Assembly (NCBI GenBank): GCA_964016885.1
Contig: OZ024741.1
Span: 280,302,001 to 280,366,000 of the forward strand
From: Eledone cirrhosa
Taxonomy: Eukaryota
DNA length: 64,000 nt
Reading direction: 5' to 3'
This document shows, one piece after another, positions 13,398-28,064 of this stretch; position 1 is the stretch's first letter; every line of letters starts with the position of its first letter. Below the pieces are notes generated by a model. The model did no database searches. It was given only the letters and a program-made list of their open reading frames with translations, and was not told the DNA's origin. The position numbers and the translations under genes are program-made.

Positions 13398-14898
13398 CAC
13401 ATACACAATATGTGGTTCACAAAAGATAAAAGTGTATACTATACCAAACTATGGAATGTCTCATCATAAATATAACTTAACCAACATAATTTTGATGATT
13501 GCTCAATTCTCATACAAATAGAAATCTATTTAATTATCATGAATTTGATTGAGAAGGAGTGTGATAGAGAAATTGAGATTGAAAAAGCACTGATTAAAAA
13601 AATGTACTTAGAATGGACAGTTAAGATAATAGTTTCATTGTTATTGATGCAAAGTTAAGCTTAATCTAATGGGAAAGTGCTGTAAGTACTGACTTGATAT
13701 TTCATAACCAACCATTTAAAACCGTCATAGATTATCAACAGCTAATCTTCACTGTATTCCTTATTTTCATGTTAATTTTTGGAACAACTTTGCCTATGTG
13801 TTTCAATTAATTTTGAAAATCATCAAAATTTTGGAAGGGTTTAATAATATAAATAACTAAATTTTTCATTAGTAAGCTACAATTTAGAACATTAAGAATA
13901 ATATATGAAGTAAAATGATGAAAGCTTTTAATATAGGATAAAAATTTTAAAGTGAGCAGTTCTGTCTCATAAATTCAAGGTGGTTTGGTATAAAAAAACC
14001 CACATAATTTCCCTTCCTATCATCAACTATTCAAATAAGATAGCAACACAGTCAGTGCTCTAGCAACATAAATCAACTATTCGACCTCTTTACTATAGTT
14101 TTCTTCTTTATCGCTTTTGTCCATTATTTTATTCATTCATAATTACATTGACTACTTCTGTTGCTGTTACTGAACAGTATCCATTGTTTTTAGTGCACGA
14201 ACAGCGGGAATCAACAATACTAATAATATGTCGCGGGGCCCTTTCTGTTCATCTTAACTTTTGTATATCTCAAGCAGTGAATAGATTTAGTATATCAATA
14301 AGGACGTCTATGCATGATATATCTGCTTCAAACTGTCTAAATACAATGTGTGTGTGTGTGTGCATTGAAGCATGGTATCTTTTTATCGGTTGTTTTCTTG
14401 CATTGTGTCAGGCTATCCCAAGCCTTGTCAGGCGGACCAACATTGTGTGAAACCTCATATGCATCGTAGCTGTTCTTGAAGGATGGTTTAATCTTTCACT
14501 AGATCTGCTAAAAATAACAGCCTAATGTCTCACAAATCCCTTTCCACTATCTTATAGGAAGAACATATTAGATAATGTAGTTTATACATGTATGCTATCA
14601 TGTCACAGCTACTTTGGTATTCACGTGATAACGCCATATACTGATATATCTGTTAGAGCTATTGTTATATGTGTGTGTGTGTTTGTGTGCACGAGAAGGA
14701 ACAGTATCAACCTGTAATTCAACGAAACTGTTGTGATTTCCTGAGGTTGTCTTGTGTACTGCCACCCCCCACCCCCCTCGTTTTGATTATATATATATTT
14801 ATTGCCTTGCCCTTTTGTACATGATTGATTACAGACTATCTCTTTCTCTTACTCTCTTCAAGTTCTCTCTCACAAAGCAGTTTTTCTCTATTTAACAG

Positions 14899-16864
14899 GC
14901 TGTGATGTTTCAAATACTCAGAGCAAATCAAGAAGAAAGAAAAGAAAAATTTATCCTTTGAGGGAAGAAAGTGTGGATGTAGAAACAGCAAGTAGTTTGG
15001 CAAAGGGCCAGTCTGAAGAGCCAACTAGTAAGGGCCAGAAGTCTGCTAAGCCATCCAATGAAAGGACCCCTAAAAGCAAGAACAAGCTCTCCAAAAAACC
15101 CAAACGCATTAGATTAAAAAGAAAACACAAGAAAAACAACTTCAAAGCTGTGTCAGGGGTGAATGTAAAGTCAGAAGCAACAGGTGGATCTAGAGCTATT
15201 AATGTGAAGGCTAATTTAAAGAATAAGAGGTTGTCCAATTCTGCTCTGGCTGTTGTTTCTAATCATGAAGTGAAATCAGTAGAGAATGAACTAGCTAAAA
15301 AACCTGAACTTCCAGAAAAGATACCAAGAAAGGAATTTTCTGCAATATTAACCAACAAAGAGCTTGAAAAACTGTGTATAAGAAATAGCACTGTATCTAT
15401 TAAAGTAAAAAAATTGGAGGATTTTCCTCCTGAAAAGATCTCAATATCTTTGCGTGAAAAGAAAGTCATACCAGCAAGCAGGGAAAACAAAAGGGCAGAA
15501 GACCTCATATTGTCTGTGAAAAACCAAATAACAAAGGATGAAGCTGGTAGCAAAAGTAAGGAGTCTGCTTCCAACTTTGAACTGAAAGATAAGAAGGTTT
15601 GCAACAACACTTTGAAAGATGCTTCTTTTTCTCTGAAAGCAAAGTCTCCAAATAATGGTGTGAAGACTTTGTTGGAACAGAGTATTTTGGCTGGCATCCA
15701 AGATAATATGCATTTTAAAAAACAATTCTTATTAGCAGGAAACAACAGTTCAGGAAAACAGTCTCCTAAACAAAAGCCACAACCACCACATCTAAAAGAA
15801 GAGTCATCTTCACCTCCATCACAACAACAACAACCACCACCACCACCACAAAAGCAACAACCTTTAGCTGGTAATATTGACCTCAATCGACCAGTTACTG
15901 ATCAAATTACAAAGTTAGCCAAAGCAGAAAAACTCTCACAGAATGGAAATGATCCTCCTCAATCTTCCTGTTCTTCTCCTGCTAAAAGTGAAGCAGAATC
16001 TGTCCCTGTTAAGAACATTAGTCCTATTGTTTGCAAATCTGCTGATATACCAAATGAAAAATCTTTCTCTTCAATTAAGAAACCAGTAATTTCAGAGAAA
16101 ATGGATTATACAACTACAGAGCACAGTGAAGAGCGACTGCTATCGAAACCTGAGTGGTCTCGTGTAGAGGAAATCAAAAATCATAAGTTCAGCCCAACAT
16201 CAAGTCCATTAATCATAGATAAACATGAACCTGTTCACCCATATCGTGATCCAGAACTCATGCGTAAAAACCCTGTACAGAGCATGCTTACACCTCACAA
16301 ACCTCTCAGCTCCTCATACCCTAGTGTACCAACAGCTATTCCTGCAGGGCACGGATCTCTTCCCACATCAAATCAACTATCAACTCATCAACTGCAGAGG
16401 ACATTAATACCTCCAGTTCCTTATCCACCTCACCAACTTCAATCCCTGGGTTCTCTACCACCAGCTCATCTACCTCTACCTCATGCAGCTGCCCTAGGCC
16501 AGATTGAAGCCCGTGGACTTGCTGCACCACCACTTAGCGCAATTTCTCCACAACAACAGCAGCAGACTCAACACCCTAGTCATTTGACTGCTTTGCAATA
16601 TCCAAATACTCCACTTCCTCTGATATCTTCCTACAATCCATTGCACAGTGGCCTAAACAATACACAGCTCGATGTATTGTGGCAACAACAGCAGAAGTTT
16701 GCAGGAGTTTCTAATCCACAATTTATGTTAAATCAACATCAAGAAGGTTTGATTAGAGAAGCCAACATTCTGCATGAGCGTGAATTAGACCGAGAACGAT
16801 TGGAGAGAGAACGTCTTGAGCGTGATCGAATGGAGCGGCGTCTTGAGCAAGAAAGATTGGAAAG
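14899..16864 (+). CDS. KDM3: KDM3/JMJD1C-like exon 2 (Lys-rich, Pro/Gln-rich, RE-repeat start)
   Basis: tttaacag acceptor, 1966-nt open frame, ag|gtaagg donor. Contains SPLIIDKHEPVHPYRDPEL, recalled as similar to vertebrate JMJD1C PLIIDKNEHFTVYRDPAL. Confidence 0.93.
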
Positions 16865-19073
16865 GTAAGGTGCAAAAAATTTTTCAGTAGATTTAAAAAC
16901 TAGTTAATAACTTGAAATTAAATTAGATCAAGTTACTGAGGCTATTTGTTTTAAAAAAATATATTTTAGTGGTTTTAAACACTTCTATTTCTTCAACTTT
17001 TGACTTTCATTATTATATAAAGAATTGATCTTAACAAAGAAACAACCAATTAAAAAATATTTACCAGGAGGCATTAGAAAGCCATTTCAAAAGATTTTAA
17101 AATTGCTTTGTCCTTATCCACTTTTTCAAATACAAAGTGTATCTGAAAATTTATATTTATTATGAGACGAGATAGGAAAGCTTAGATACAGAAAATATCT
17201 GCAATTACAATCAATTGATATAAAATAGCTTATAAAAATTGGTTAAAGACCCATAGAGATAGGAAAATGTTGCCCAGTGGCCATTACAAAGAATCGAGCT
17301 GGAAGATACCGAGTTTGATTCTTCATACCAGTTGCTGGTAACATTCATGTCTAGGGGTCTTTGCCTGAATTTGATAAGCTATTTTATAGTAACAAACTGT
17401 AATGGCAGTTATTTTCTGTGTTTGAGCTTCCTACATCTTCTTGTAAATTTATTTCCTTAATGCTTAATAAGTTTGAAAATTCAAGCTTTATGAATGACGT
17501 TTATATTTATTAGTTTATCTGTCTTTCTCATTGAGTATAGAGGGTTTAACTTGAACCGCAAACTTAACTCCTACCTTTACGCCTAGTTTCAAGAAACAAT
17601 TCAATTAGAATCAACTCGACTGTTAAAAATGTTATTAGATATTGAAAAATATCATAATAATTTGTCATTCTATCGAGCTATATAACAGAATTAGTGTGTA
17701 TTTTATGCTATTTGTTTTTCAGCTAAAATTGCTTTAATTATTGGATGTCTGAAAGATAAAAGCATACATGTAGTTGTGTATTTAATTGTAAATGTAATAT
17801 GAATGGATATGCACTTTTAAAACTGAGTGTTGACAAAGGGAATGATTAATAAGCACAGAAATATTGCATGGTTAAAGTAGGTTGAGAGTAGTAAATGTCA
17901 ACAAGAAGAGAATCACTGAATCCTGCTGCTCAAAACCTCCTGTTGGCATACAGCTGCTCTTTATGTGCCAATGTAGTGTTGGTAGAGGAGTAGTGAGTGG
18001 CAGGGGTGAGAGAACAAACACACATTTTATGTCTGATAACACTAAGTTGATTGTTGTAGCTTGAGAACTTCAATGGATTCAGAGAAAGAGAGAGAGAGAG
18101 AGAAACAAGCAGTTTAGCTGTTTGTGTATTCAGATCATAAAATAGGAAGAAGCGCTAAAAGATTATCATTTAATGATGCAACTGATGTCACAGTGACTAA
18201 TGGTTTGAAGAAGTAAGAAGTGAATTTTTTTACCACGACACTAGAATGAAGTCATGGTAACCGTATTAATGAAGAGGAGAAAAGGATCTGTGCCAGTTTA
18301 AATCTTTAATCTCAGTTTTTCATGTCGAGTATAATCTTAATCCAAGTTTTTCATGTCTCATACGATCTTGACAATATATAATTGACTCGTGAAGAAGGAA
18401 TGTATGTATTAAAGCTAGTTCTTTGCTAGACATGTATAAACGTTTGCTTATTTCCCAGCCAACCTACCTGCTTCACTGACAAACACATTAAATAAACTTG
18501 CAGCATATAAAAGCAGATTATTTGGTCAATAAGAAAGATTCATGTGATAATAATATCGACTAATCAATGAGTATAAAGGAAGAATAGAAAAAAGTTGCCT
18601 TGAAACAAGGAACACTATTCAGTCATTTTTTATATAGAATGGAATGGAATGGAGTGGAGTGGGGTTGGCTGTCGTGGGATGGTGGTGATGACTGTGCCAA
18701 AGATAAAGATGAAATGTTCCTATATTGTTAAGAATCTAAGAATTTATAAGTGGGAATATATCTTGTTAAAGTAGCTTAACCTGGATATGCTTATCAAGAA
18801 TGGAAAAATACAAGAGAAGTGTATATTTGTGGTTGTCAATAGCATTTGGTATATAGACAACAAGTGGCTGAGTCTGCAAGGGTGAGGGTGTTTGCATTTT
18901 ATACAAATTTCAGACAGTTGGATTTTAAACTTTTCATTATTATATTTTCTAACAAAAAATACTAATGATTTTCCAGTTAATTTTGAAAATAAAATAATTT
19001 GGAGGGAATTTACTAATATAATTAATCAAGTGTTTGGAGCATAACTTAATAACGGTCATTATATAAAATAAAT

Positions 19074-19256
19074 GGATTGGCAGTATCGGTAGAGGGTCGG
19101 ACGCCATGCTTTGCAGCAAAGAGTTACGGCCCTTTACGGTCTGAGTTCAAATCCCGCTGATGTTAACTTTGCCTTTCATCTTTACGGGGGCGATAAAATG
19201 AAGTACCAGTAATGCACTGGGTTATTTCTGGCTTGTGCCAAAAGTAGAAACAATTA
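19074..19256 (+). mobile_element. OK-like SINE
   Basis: Near full-length match to the array consensus. Confidence 0.9.
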
Positions 19257-21404
19257 TATAAAATTATGGGGAAAGTTTTTATTAGATAAATATAAACACT
19301 TTGAAATCACAGATCCAGGGGCAGTTGATATTAAAATAGTTAATAAAGTCTACTTTCAACAACTAATTTACTATATTATGAGGAGTTTTGTTGATCAATT
19401 CTGCTTTTTATATGTTTGGTGGATTGGTAGAATTGGTAGAGCGTCAGATAAATGCTGTTCTTGCTCCTTTACATTCTGTGTTCAAATCCCGCCAAAGACC
19501 ACTTTGCCTTTCTTCCAAATTTGTTGGCCTTAATCCCTGAATTAGAAATCAATATTTGTATTTTTAACCATAATTAACTCTTAACATCTAGAAATGATTT
19601 AGTAGAAAATATTTTAGAATGGGTTTGTTAATTCAAATGTTTATAGTATCTTTCCTAGTGGAGAGATCTTAGAACTTGTGTAGTATTAAAATAAAGGTTA
19701 TAATTTTGAATCTGATGGTAGTCATAATGTTGACTTATACTTTTCAAGAATGTCTTGCTAATGCAGTTCTATGTGGTACACACACCATTAAGAGTTAAAC
19801 TGTATCTTTAATGATGGACAGATCATTGTGAAAATTTGCTTTGTTAAAAGTCTTGAATTTTCAATGTGATGCAGTCATAATAGTGCTGTTTTATACATTT
19901 CAAGAATGTCTTATTAATGCTGTAGTACAGGATGATAAGAATTAAACTATGTTCACTCTACTTCATAGTTTAAAATAATAATTTGATTTAATTAATTAGT
20001 CTTAACCCTTTAACATTTACATTACAATATATGCTATCGTATTTTCAGGGTAAAGACTTTATCTCACATAATATTGAATATATGCGATTTTGATATTATT
20101 TATTTTGAGAACAATACCTTAACATCAGTATGAGTGGCTGGTTACAGCCAGTTTGAACAGAAAGAGGTGAGAGAATTTCTTTGGAAACGGTGAAAGCCTG
20201 AAAGCCCATCATGTGTGTCTATATATCTAAAGAGTGTCCTAAGCCAGAAGGCTCATTTGGCTAGTGCTTATCCCAGTTTCATGGCGTGAAGCAACTGAGA
20301 GTACAATAAACCCCCCCCCCCCCCCCACACACACACACACACTGGACAGGATGCCAGTCCATTGCAGGGTTAAAGATATTTTCTGCTAAATCATTGCATG
20401 ATATTAATACTTAAAGAAATCCTTGTATTAGGGTCCCCAATCAAGAATTAAGTAAATATTTTCGAAAAGAATTACTTTCATTTTATATCAAAATATGACC
20501 AGCTTATATAAGTTTAGTTTGGTGCTGCAGTCTCATCAATGTTGAATAATTTCTTTATAAAATTGCTATAGAAATAGATTTGATTTAAAAATACTAAATA
20601 CCTCACTTGAATGAAACAAGATTTTCAATTGAAGCAACAGATTTTATTTAGATAAAGTATTTTCTTCAAAGACAGAGTTTGACTGTATATATGATACTGT
20701 TTTTAAACAGCTTATTTTTCTTAGAAAGTAAGAGGTTTTCCTGTTAGAAATAGATGAAATGACATAAGCATCTCCCCCCCCCCCTCTCTCTCTCTCTCTT
20801 ATGATTTTGTATCTAGTAATAACACTTTTGTGTTCTAATATAAAATTCTTTCTTGGGTACTGACTGACTGTAAAGCAGGTGGCACGAAAAAAAAAAGTAC
20901 TCAGTCCACCGTCTAGGTGGTAGTGCTTGTGACATGAAGAAATCACCCAGTCCACTCTGTAAGGTGGTAGTGCTGGTGCCACGACAAAAGCAGCCTGTCT
21001 ACTCTATAAAGTGATAGTGCCGAAGTTATGATAAAATGCTCCCAGTACATATTGTAAGGTGGTTGGCATCAGGAGTGGCAATCTGTCTGTAAAATGCAAA
21101 GCCAAAAGCGGAACATGAGCAAGGTATGGTCACCTGACCAGTCTAGCCTGAGTACGTGACATTTTACTTCAATTACATTTTTAATGAAACAGGCAACTAA
21201 CTACTGGGTGTTTTCATTAATAGCTTTACAGTTGAATAGATTAAGCTGTTGACTAGCAACAGGATTATTTGCACTAATATATATATATATAAATAAAAAG
21301 TAAGAATAGATGTCTGCATTCATTCAGCACTTGAATGTGGTGTTTTTAATGTTAAACAGTTTAACTATGTCTCTGTTTATTGTTATACATAGTTTAATAA
21401 TATA

Positions 21405-21590
21405 ATAATTGTTTCTACTTTTGGCACAAGGCCAGCAATTACCCAGTGTATTACTGGTACTTTATTTTATCGACCCCGTAAGGATGAAAGGCAAAGTTAA
21501 TCTCGGCAGGATTTGAACTCAGAATGGCAAGGGTCATAACTCTATGAGTCAAAGCATGGCGTCTGACCCTCTACCGATACTGCCAATCCA
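21405..21590 (-). mobile_element. OK-like SINE
   Basis: Near full-length match on the minus strand. Confidence 0.9.
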
Positions 21591-21856
21591 CAATAATAGT
21601 TTGTTACAAAATATCATAGTACATCTAACTGACACAAACTAACAAAGCTGGATGTACATAGTTGCTCAGCTTGCTAGAAAATAACAACCAAATTTTCCCT
21701 TAAATCACTTTCTACCTTTTTAAAAAATAGGAAGAAAAGCATTGGATAATATAGAACTACATACATTATTTGTGAATAAAAGACAGGATGGATACCATTG
21801 GAAGTTCTACATAGTTTGTTGCTAACCCAGCTAGAAAATACAATATATTTTTACTA

Positions 21857-22205
21857 TCATCATCATCATCATCATTTTACATCCGCTTTTCCCTGCTTGC
21901 AAGGGTGGGACGGGAACTGATTCTGGTTTGATTTCTACAGCTGGATGCCCTTCCTAACACCAACCTCATTTACAGTGAGTGCTGGGTGCTTTTTTTCCGT
22001 GGCGCCTACATGTCCACTTTACAGTGTGGGCTGGGTGCTTTTGCCCCCAGTCCTATCGTCTCATTTCTACAGCTGAGTAAACTGGAGCAATGTGAAATAA
22101 AGTGTCTTGCTCAAGGAAACAACACATCACCCGGTCTGAGAATTGAACTCACAACCTTTCGATTGCAAAGCCAATGCTCTAACCACTAAGCCATGTGCCT
22201 CCATA
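21857..22205 (-). mobile_element. RTE 3' end ((CAT)n tail) fused to a second tRNA-derived SINE fragment
   Basis: (atc)n-ttttacatcc tail and ggatgcccttcctaacacc, followed by gtgtcttgctcaaggaaacaac...ctaaccactaagccat. Confidence 0.7.
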
Positions 22206-22417
22206 TATATCCCAACTTGTAGAAATCTTATAACGAAACGGTCATATGGAAAGAAAGAGAAATTTATTTAATTATGTCTCATATAAAATAATGCAACCAA
22301 CTATCCACGGAATACTATATATTTAGCACCCCAAACACTTAATTGGGATTATACTTAGGTATATCCTAATGTTTGTTGAGTGAGATGGAGTTGGTCAGAG
22401 TTTCGCTGTTAATGTAT

Positions 22418-22420
22418 TAA

Positions 22421-22451
<31 letters not shown>

Positions 22452-22620
22452 CAGGTCATCAGAAAATGAGAGAGAGAATGAAATAGACAGACAGATAGGG
22501 AAAGAGAGAGAGAGAATGAAATAGACAGACAGATAGGGAAAGAGAGAGAGAGACAGACAGACAGATAGATAGAGCAAGAGAGATACAGACATAGAGATAG
22601 AGAGACAGATAGAGAAATCA
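22418..22620. repeat. Compound (TA)n/(GA)n/(GACA/GATA)n microsatellite
   Basis: Directly visible. Confidence 0.9.
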
Positions 22621-24249
22621 GAGGCCCAAGTACTTACTTGATAGTAAAAATATATTGTGGTGAAGTGGGGGAATGACATAGTTATGGCCCTTCACATTTT
22701 TAGTTCAAATCCTGCCTAGGTTAGCTTTGCCTTTCATCCTTACAAAGTTGATACAATAAAGTGCCAGTAATGTAGTAGTGGGGTCAATTTAACCTACTTT
22801 CCCCTCCCTCAAATTTGTTGGCCTTGTGTCTAAATCAGAAACCACTATTACACTTGTCTTGGTGATGTGTGTGATGTTTTTTTTTATATTTTATTTTAAG
22901 GGTAGTTAAATTATAGATTTGGTTAGAATTTTGAAGGGAAATTTATGATTTTCAATGTGTTTTGAACTAATATGGCTTTCATAACTGTTGTGAATTAGTT
23001 GTTTTCTGTGGGTCCCCACCTGAGTACCTCATAACATCTGATAGATGTAATAATAAAAAAAAATGATCAAAAATAGCAGCCAAATGTCCTGCAAATCCCA
23101 TTTTACTGTCTTAAAAATAGGAAGAACACATTGGATAATATTCTAGTTACATTACATGCAAATTAGACTGAATGGTCATTACTAGAACATTTTGGTTTTG
23201 AGATCTGCTTAATCTCAGATCTGGCTGGAAACATTTCAGTGTCTCTTGTTAATTAGTGGTGGTGGGTGGAAGGAGGGGGGGGGGGTTGCTTTGCTGTAAT
23301 GAAATAATGATTGCTGCAATTGATTGATTATTATTTTGATAATCGGAGAAAAGAAGTATTTTTTTCTTCCCCCAGTGCCTGTTGTAAGCCAAATAAGGTC
23401 AGTAGTCAATCATCCTAACTGCCATTCTAAACTTGGTTTTGGTGTTGGTTGTAGTAAAGTTGTGTTGTTTTGTAGCTCAAGGAAGGACGGCAAATTGGCA
23501 GAATCATTAGAGCGTTGGACAAAATGCGTTACAGCTCATTAAGTTCTGAGTCCCAATCCTGTGGAGACTAACTTTGGGTTGGGTGTTATGTTTTTAGGCT
23601 AAACACTTAATTTCACATTGCTCCAGTATAATCAGCTGAAAATGAGTACCAACAATAGCTGGGCGTTTAACTGTGCAATGGACTGGCAGCCTGTCCAGGG
23701 AGAAGTTTTGTACTCTCAGTTGCTTCATGCCACGGAAACAAGGATAAGCACTGGCCTGATTAACCTCCGAGCTCGAGACAGACTTTTAAGTACTAGGGTT
23801 GATATAATCGATGTTCCTCTTCCCACAAATTGTTATCCTTGTTTTTAAATTAAAATTGATATTTAGCTCGAGAGCTGCCTGTAACAACCCATTATTGAAA
23901 GCAATCTAGTATCGATAAAATAAAGTACCAGTTAAGTACAGGGGTTGATATAATCAACCTTCCTCTCCCCACAAATTGTTAAATTAGAAATCATTATTTA
24001 GTCTGAGGGCAATCTGTATTCACATCCATGATTGAAAGCAATATAATAATTATAAATAGTTCATCTCTAATGGATGGTGGATGCTAGAATCTGCAGACTG
24101 CCATACAAAATACCTTCGTAACCAGGAATATGTTTACAATCCAATGTCTGAAAAATCAGTAAAAATAATCAAGTAGGATAATGTTTTAGTCCAGCAATTG
24201 CTGCTATTTTTAGAATTTTTTTTTTAATCTTTCCTTTTCTTCTCCTCCT

Positions 24250-24910
24250 CCCACTTATTCCTGGGAGGATCGGAGGGGAAGAATACTCAAACACTCCTTC
24301 CAGTGGCTCCTGTTAGAAGCAACCATCTCCAATTGGTTTGGCTGGATCCCCAAACAAGACCAGCCAACCTCATGGATGTTATTCAACCATCTTGCTCAAG
24401 GTCTACACCAGGGTCTCCTGCTGGTTGGTTTTGTCCATAAAATCTGTCCCGCGATTCTTTCCTGAGACACTCTAACCACATGCTCATAATATCTGATCGC
24501 TAAGCTACGCACTCTATCAAGTACTTCAGAGAAACCCAATTTTGGCTGCTTGTATTCAGGATCGTATTCGTTTGGTCATTACCCAAGATTCAAGTTGGCA
24601 CAAATACCAAATTGAAGAAAGAGATGTAGCTATGACGAGGCGAGTAAAGACCGCCTTTAAAAAAGCCTAGTCATCATGGGTTTGTGGACACACAAAGATT
24701 GTGTACTCTGAGACCACAAACAGGTTTCAGAAGGGAGCAAACCTTAACAATTGGAACCTGGAACATCACAGCCCTTACAGATAAAGAGCAGGAATTAGTG
24801 AAAGAAGCTACTGGTTAATTATAGTCTGGTACTGTGTAGACTTGGTTGGAGGATGGAAACTCCACTATTCAGAAATGACTGCACAGTTGAGATTGGGGAT
24901 CTTAACGTCT
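24250..24910. pseudogene. Decayed RTE-like LINE fragments
   Basis: The minus strand near 24330-24580 resembles an RTE ORF end. The plus strand near 24740-24900 (TIGTWNITALTDKEQELV) resembles the start of an APE endonuclease. Confidence 0.55.
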
Positions 24911-27873
24911 GACTTTTTAAAAACATTTTATTCCATTAGATAAATCAGAGGTTCTTTTAGTACTCTACACACTTATATTTAACCAATGTTAGAACTTGTC
25001 ATAAACAATGTGATCTTAAGAGGAATTCTCCTCCTGTACAAAGCTCTCTGTTTTTTAAAACGCTTTATTTTCGGTTAGTTCGGTTTGTAGTATTTAACTA
25101 AAACCACCAAACTGTGTTCTGATTTTAAAATGTTAAAAAGAAGCAGTAGACGCTGAACAGTATGGTTTTTCTAGAAAGAAAACAGTTTGCGTGTTATTGC
25201 ATGTTTTTCGAACCAGTTATATCTATCTTGACAACCACTAACATCAAAATTTGAACAGCGAGCTGAACGATTTAAGGGAGACAACTCTTTCTTGTAATGT
25301 TTTGTTTCCTATTTCAGCATTTTAAAAACATTGACTATGGCTTTCCATCGTTATTCCATTAATTGTTTTTTTTTTAAGTAATAATTTAGAATAGATCAAC
25401 TAGATAATGCTGTAATTTTTATTGACACCTGTAAATGATTAGTCTTATTTTATCAATTCCAAACAGTGAAGTCAAGCTAGCGAAGTTAAAATAAAGATAT
25501 CTAATTAGACAGTGCAGAGTATTTCCCTGTGCTCTAATGGTCATATATGAAAAAGAAATATTTTTAGAAATTTAAATGGAAAAGGCAGTTTATTTATTCT
25601 TAACTAGCCTTTTTTTTTTTTTTAAATAAAATTTTAATTGCAATTAATTATCTTTATTGCACCCAGCTAATTTTAACATTTAACTAAATATAAATTTATC
25701 TAATATCCAGTTTATAAACGGAGACAGAATAACCTTGGCTACCCCTGTATAGATTTAAATGGTTTCCTATCAAAGGTGATTGCAAGCTGTTGAGAAATTA
25801 TTTATGGAAGGTGTTGATGTTTGTTGGTTTTCTTTAGTGCATCTATATACATGTGTATACGTGTCTGTGATACAGTGAATTGGCAGAAATATTAAATTAT
25901 GTGATGGAATGCTTTGAGTATTCTTTCTAGCTCTCTGCACATTCTGAGTTCACATCCCATTGAGGTCAGCTTTGCTTTTCATTCTTTTCAAGCTCAATAA
26001 AAAAGGTACCAGTCCAGTACTAGAGGTGGGGGGGGGGGTCCTTTTACATCTCTTCCCCTATCCCCCATACCTCCATCTCCCAGAGTCTATAAAATACAAA
26101 ATACATGTATGTGTGATGGTTCAGGTTTTTTTTGTCAAGCAGAACAAATTCAGTTTACCTAGCCTATAATAGGGTTTTTTTAAATTGTTATTAATGTTTT
26201 CCAGTTCACTTCACCTGCGTCAGTTACAGTTATTTAGAGTTATTTAAGAGGAAAGCTTTAACCCTTACATTTCCAACCAACACCAGCTCTAGTTTTATAA
26301 AACAAAGCTACCCATTTAACTACCTTAGTTTCTAATTTAGGCACAACGCCAGCAATTTGAGGGAAGGGGAAAGTTGTAAAGGCAAAGTTGACCTCAGCAG
26401 GATTTGAACTTAGAATGTAAAGGGTTGGAACAAATATTGCAAAGCATTTGTCCGATTCTTTGATTTGACTTATCCACTGCTCTTACTATCATCTTAATAA
26501 GGAAATGATTAATAATTGTAACTAGTGCCTCAAAATTCTTCATTAATCAATTAAATTAGAGTATATTTCATTAGAAATACAGTCATGTAAGGGTTAAAGC
26601 TTTCCTCTTGACAAGCAGTTACAAATTTATCTCATCTTATGAAATTAATTTAGCCCTTTTGAATCCAGCCCACCTAAACTGGTTCTGGTTGTATAGAGAA
26701 GGGGACATCAATTTTAAAAGGCTCCTATTTATATTTCCAACATAAATTTTCTGTAAGGACTTTTTTATAAGCTTGTTTCAAATATCATTCTAATAATGAA
26801 ATAATCAGTAAATGCTAAATTCTCCATTAATTAATCCAAATGCAATGATTTCATTAAAAATATGGTAATGAAAGTGTCAGAATGTTCTTGTATTTTTGGC
26901 AGATGATTTGTTTTGTGTCACCAGATAATAAAAAAGTCATTAAACCATTCAGTGAATCATACATAATATCATTTAGTGTTGTTATATAGTTATCTAGGTC
27001 ACTGTGAACTACTGTTGTAAACTAACTTGCTTTTATCAGTTAGTATGCTTCATGAATTAATACTGTAGCCGGCTCCTACCCACCTACTCATTACTGTGTG
27101 ACTAAGGTGCACACACTGTTTGCTTTTATATCATTACCACCACCATCGCCACCACCAACAGCAGCATTATTATCCATCTTAAGAAATAAGAAGACTTAAA
27201 ATGTATTGGTTTAAAGCATAGCTTCATGCTTTGTGAAATACTAATTTCTAATTTAGGCACAAGGCCAGCAATTTGTGGTGAGAAGTGGATTATACTGGCT
27301 CCGATACTTGACTGGTGATTTGTTTTATTGATCCCAGAAAGGTGAAAGGCAAAATTGACATGTAATTGGCTGTAACAAAATGCGACTAAGTATTTTGTCC
27401 AACGCTCTGACAATACTGCCAATTTGCCACACTAAAAATAATGATTTCTAATTTTGGCACAAGGCTAGTAATTTTTGATGGGAGTTGAAAGTTTGACTCC
27501 AGTACTTTACTGGTGTTTTATTTTATTGACCCTGGAGACGATGAAAAGCAAAGTTGATCCTGGATAGATTTTAACTCAGAATGTAAAGGGCCATAACGAT
27601 TCTGGCAATCTGCTGTCATACTTATAATAATAATCTCTTAATTGCCCACTAGGGACAAAACCTTAAAAGAGACACTGCATCCTTTAAAACCTCCATGCTT
27701 CCTGAGATTCGCCAACACTACACCTAATATTCCCCCTCCATACACACGAACAAATGTATATCATGACTCGTACACTATTCACTTCCTTGACATTTGTATA
27801 TTATTCTATGTACTATACATGCACCTTTGACGAGTTGTAGTGCACCTGAGCATTGTACACAATAATTTCATTG

Positions 27874-28063
27874 TGGATTGGCAGTATCGGTAGAGGGTCG
27901 AACGCCATGCTTTGATGGATGGAGGTACGCCCCTTACCATTCTGAGTTCAAATCCCACCAAGGTTAACTTTGCCTTTCATCCTTACGGGGTCGATAAAAT
28001 AAAGTACCAGTAATGCACTGGGTATTTGCTGGCCTTGTGCCAAAAGTAGAAACAATTATTATT
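27874..28063 (+). mobile_element. OK-like SINE; its TTA tail is the Helitron insertion site
   Basis: Full consensus match; abuts the Helitron CTAG at 28065. Confidence 0.9.
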
Positions 28064-28064
28064 A

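Noticed and set aside
14951-15886. Minus-strand ORFs (95, 207 and 94 aa)
   Set aside because: Antisense shadows of exon 2; the Gly/Cys runs mirror Pro/Gln codons.
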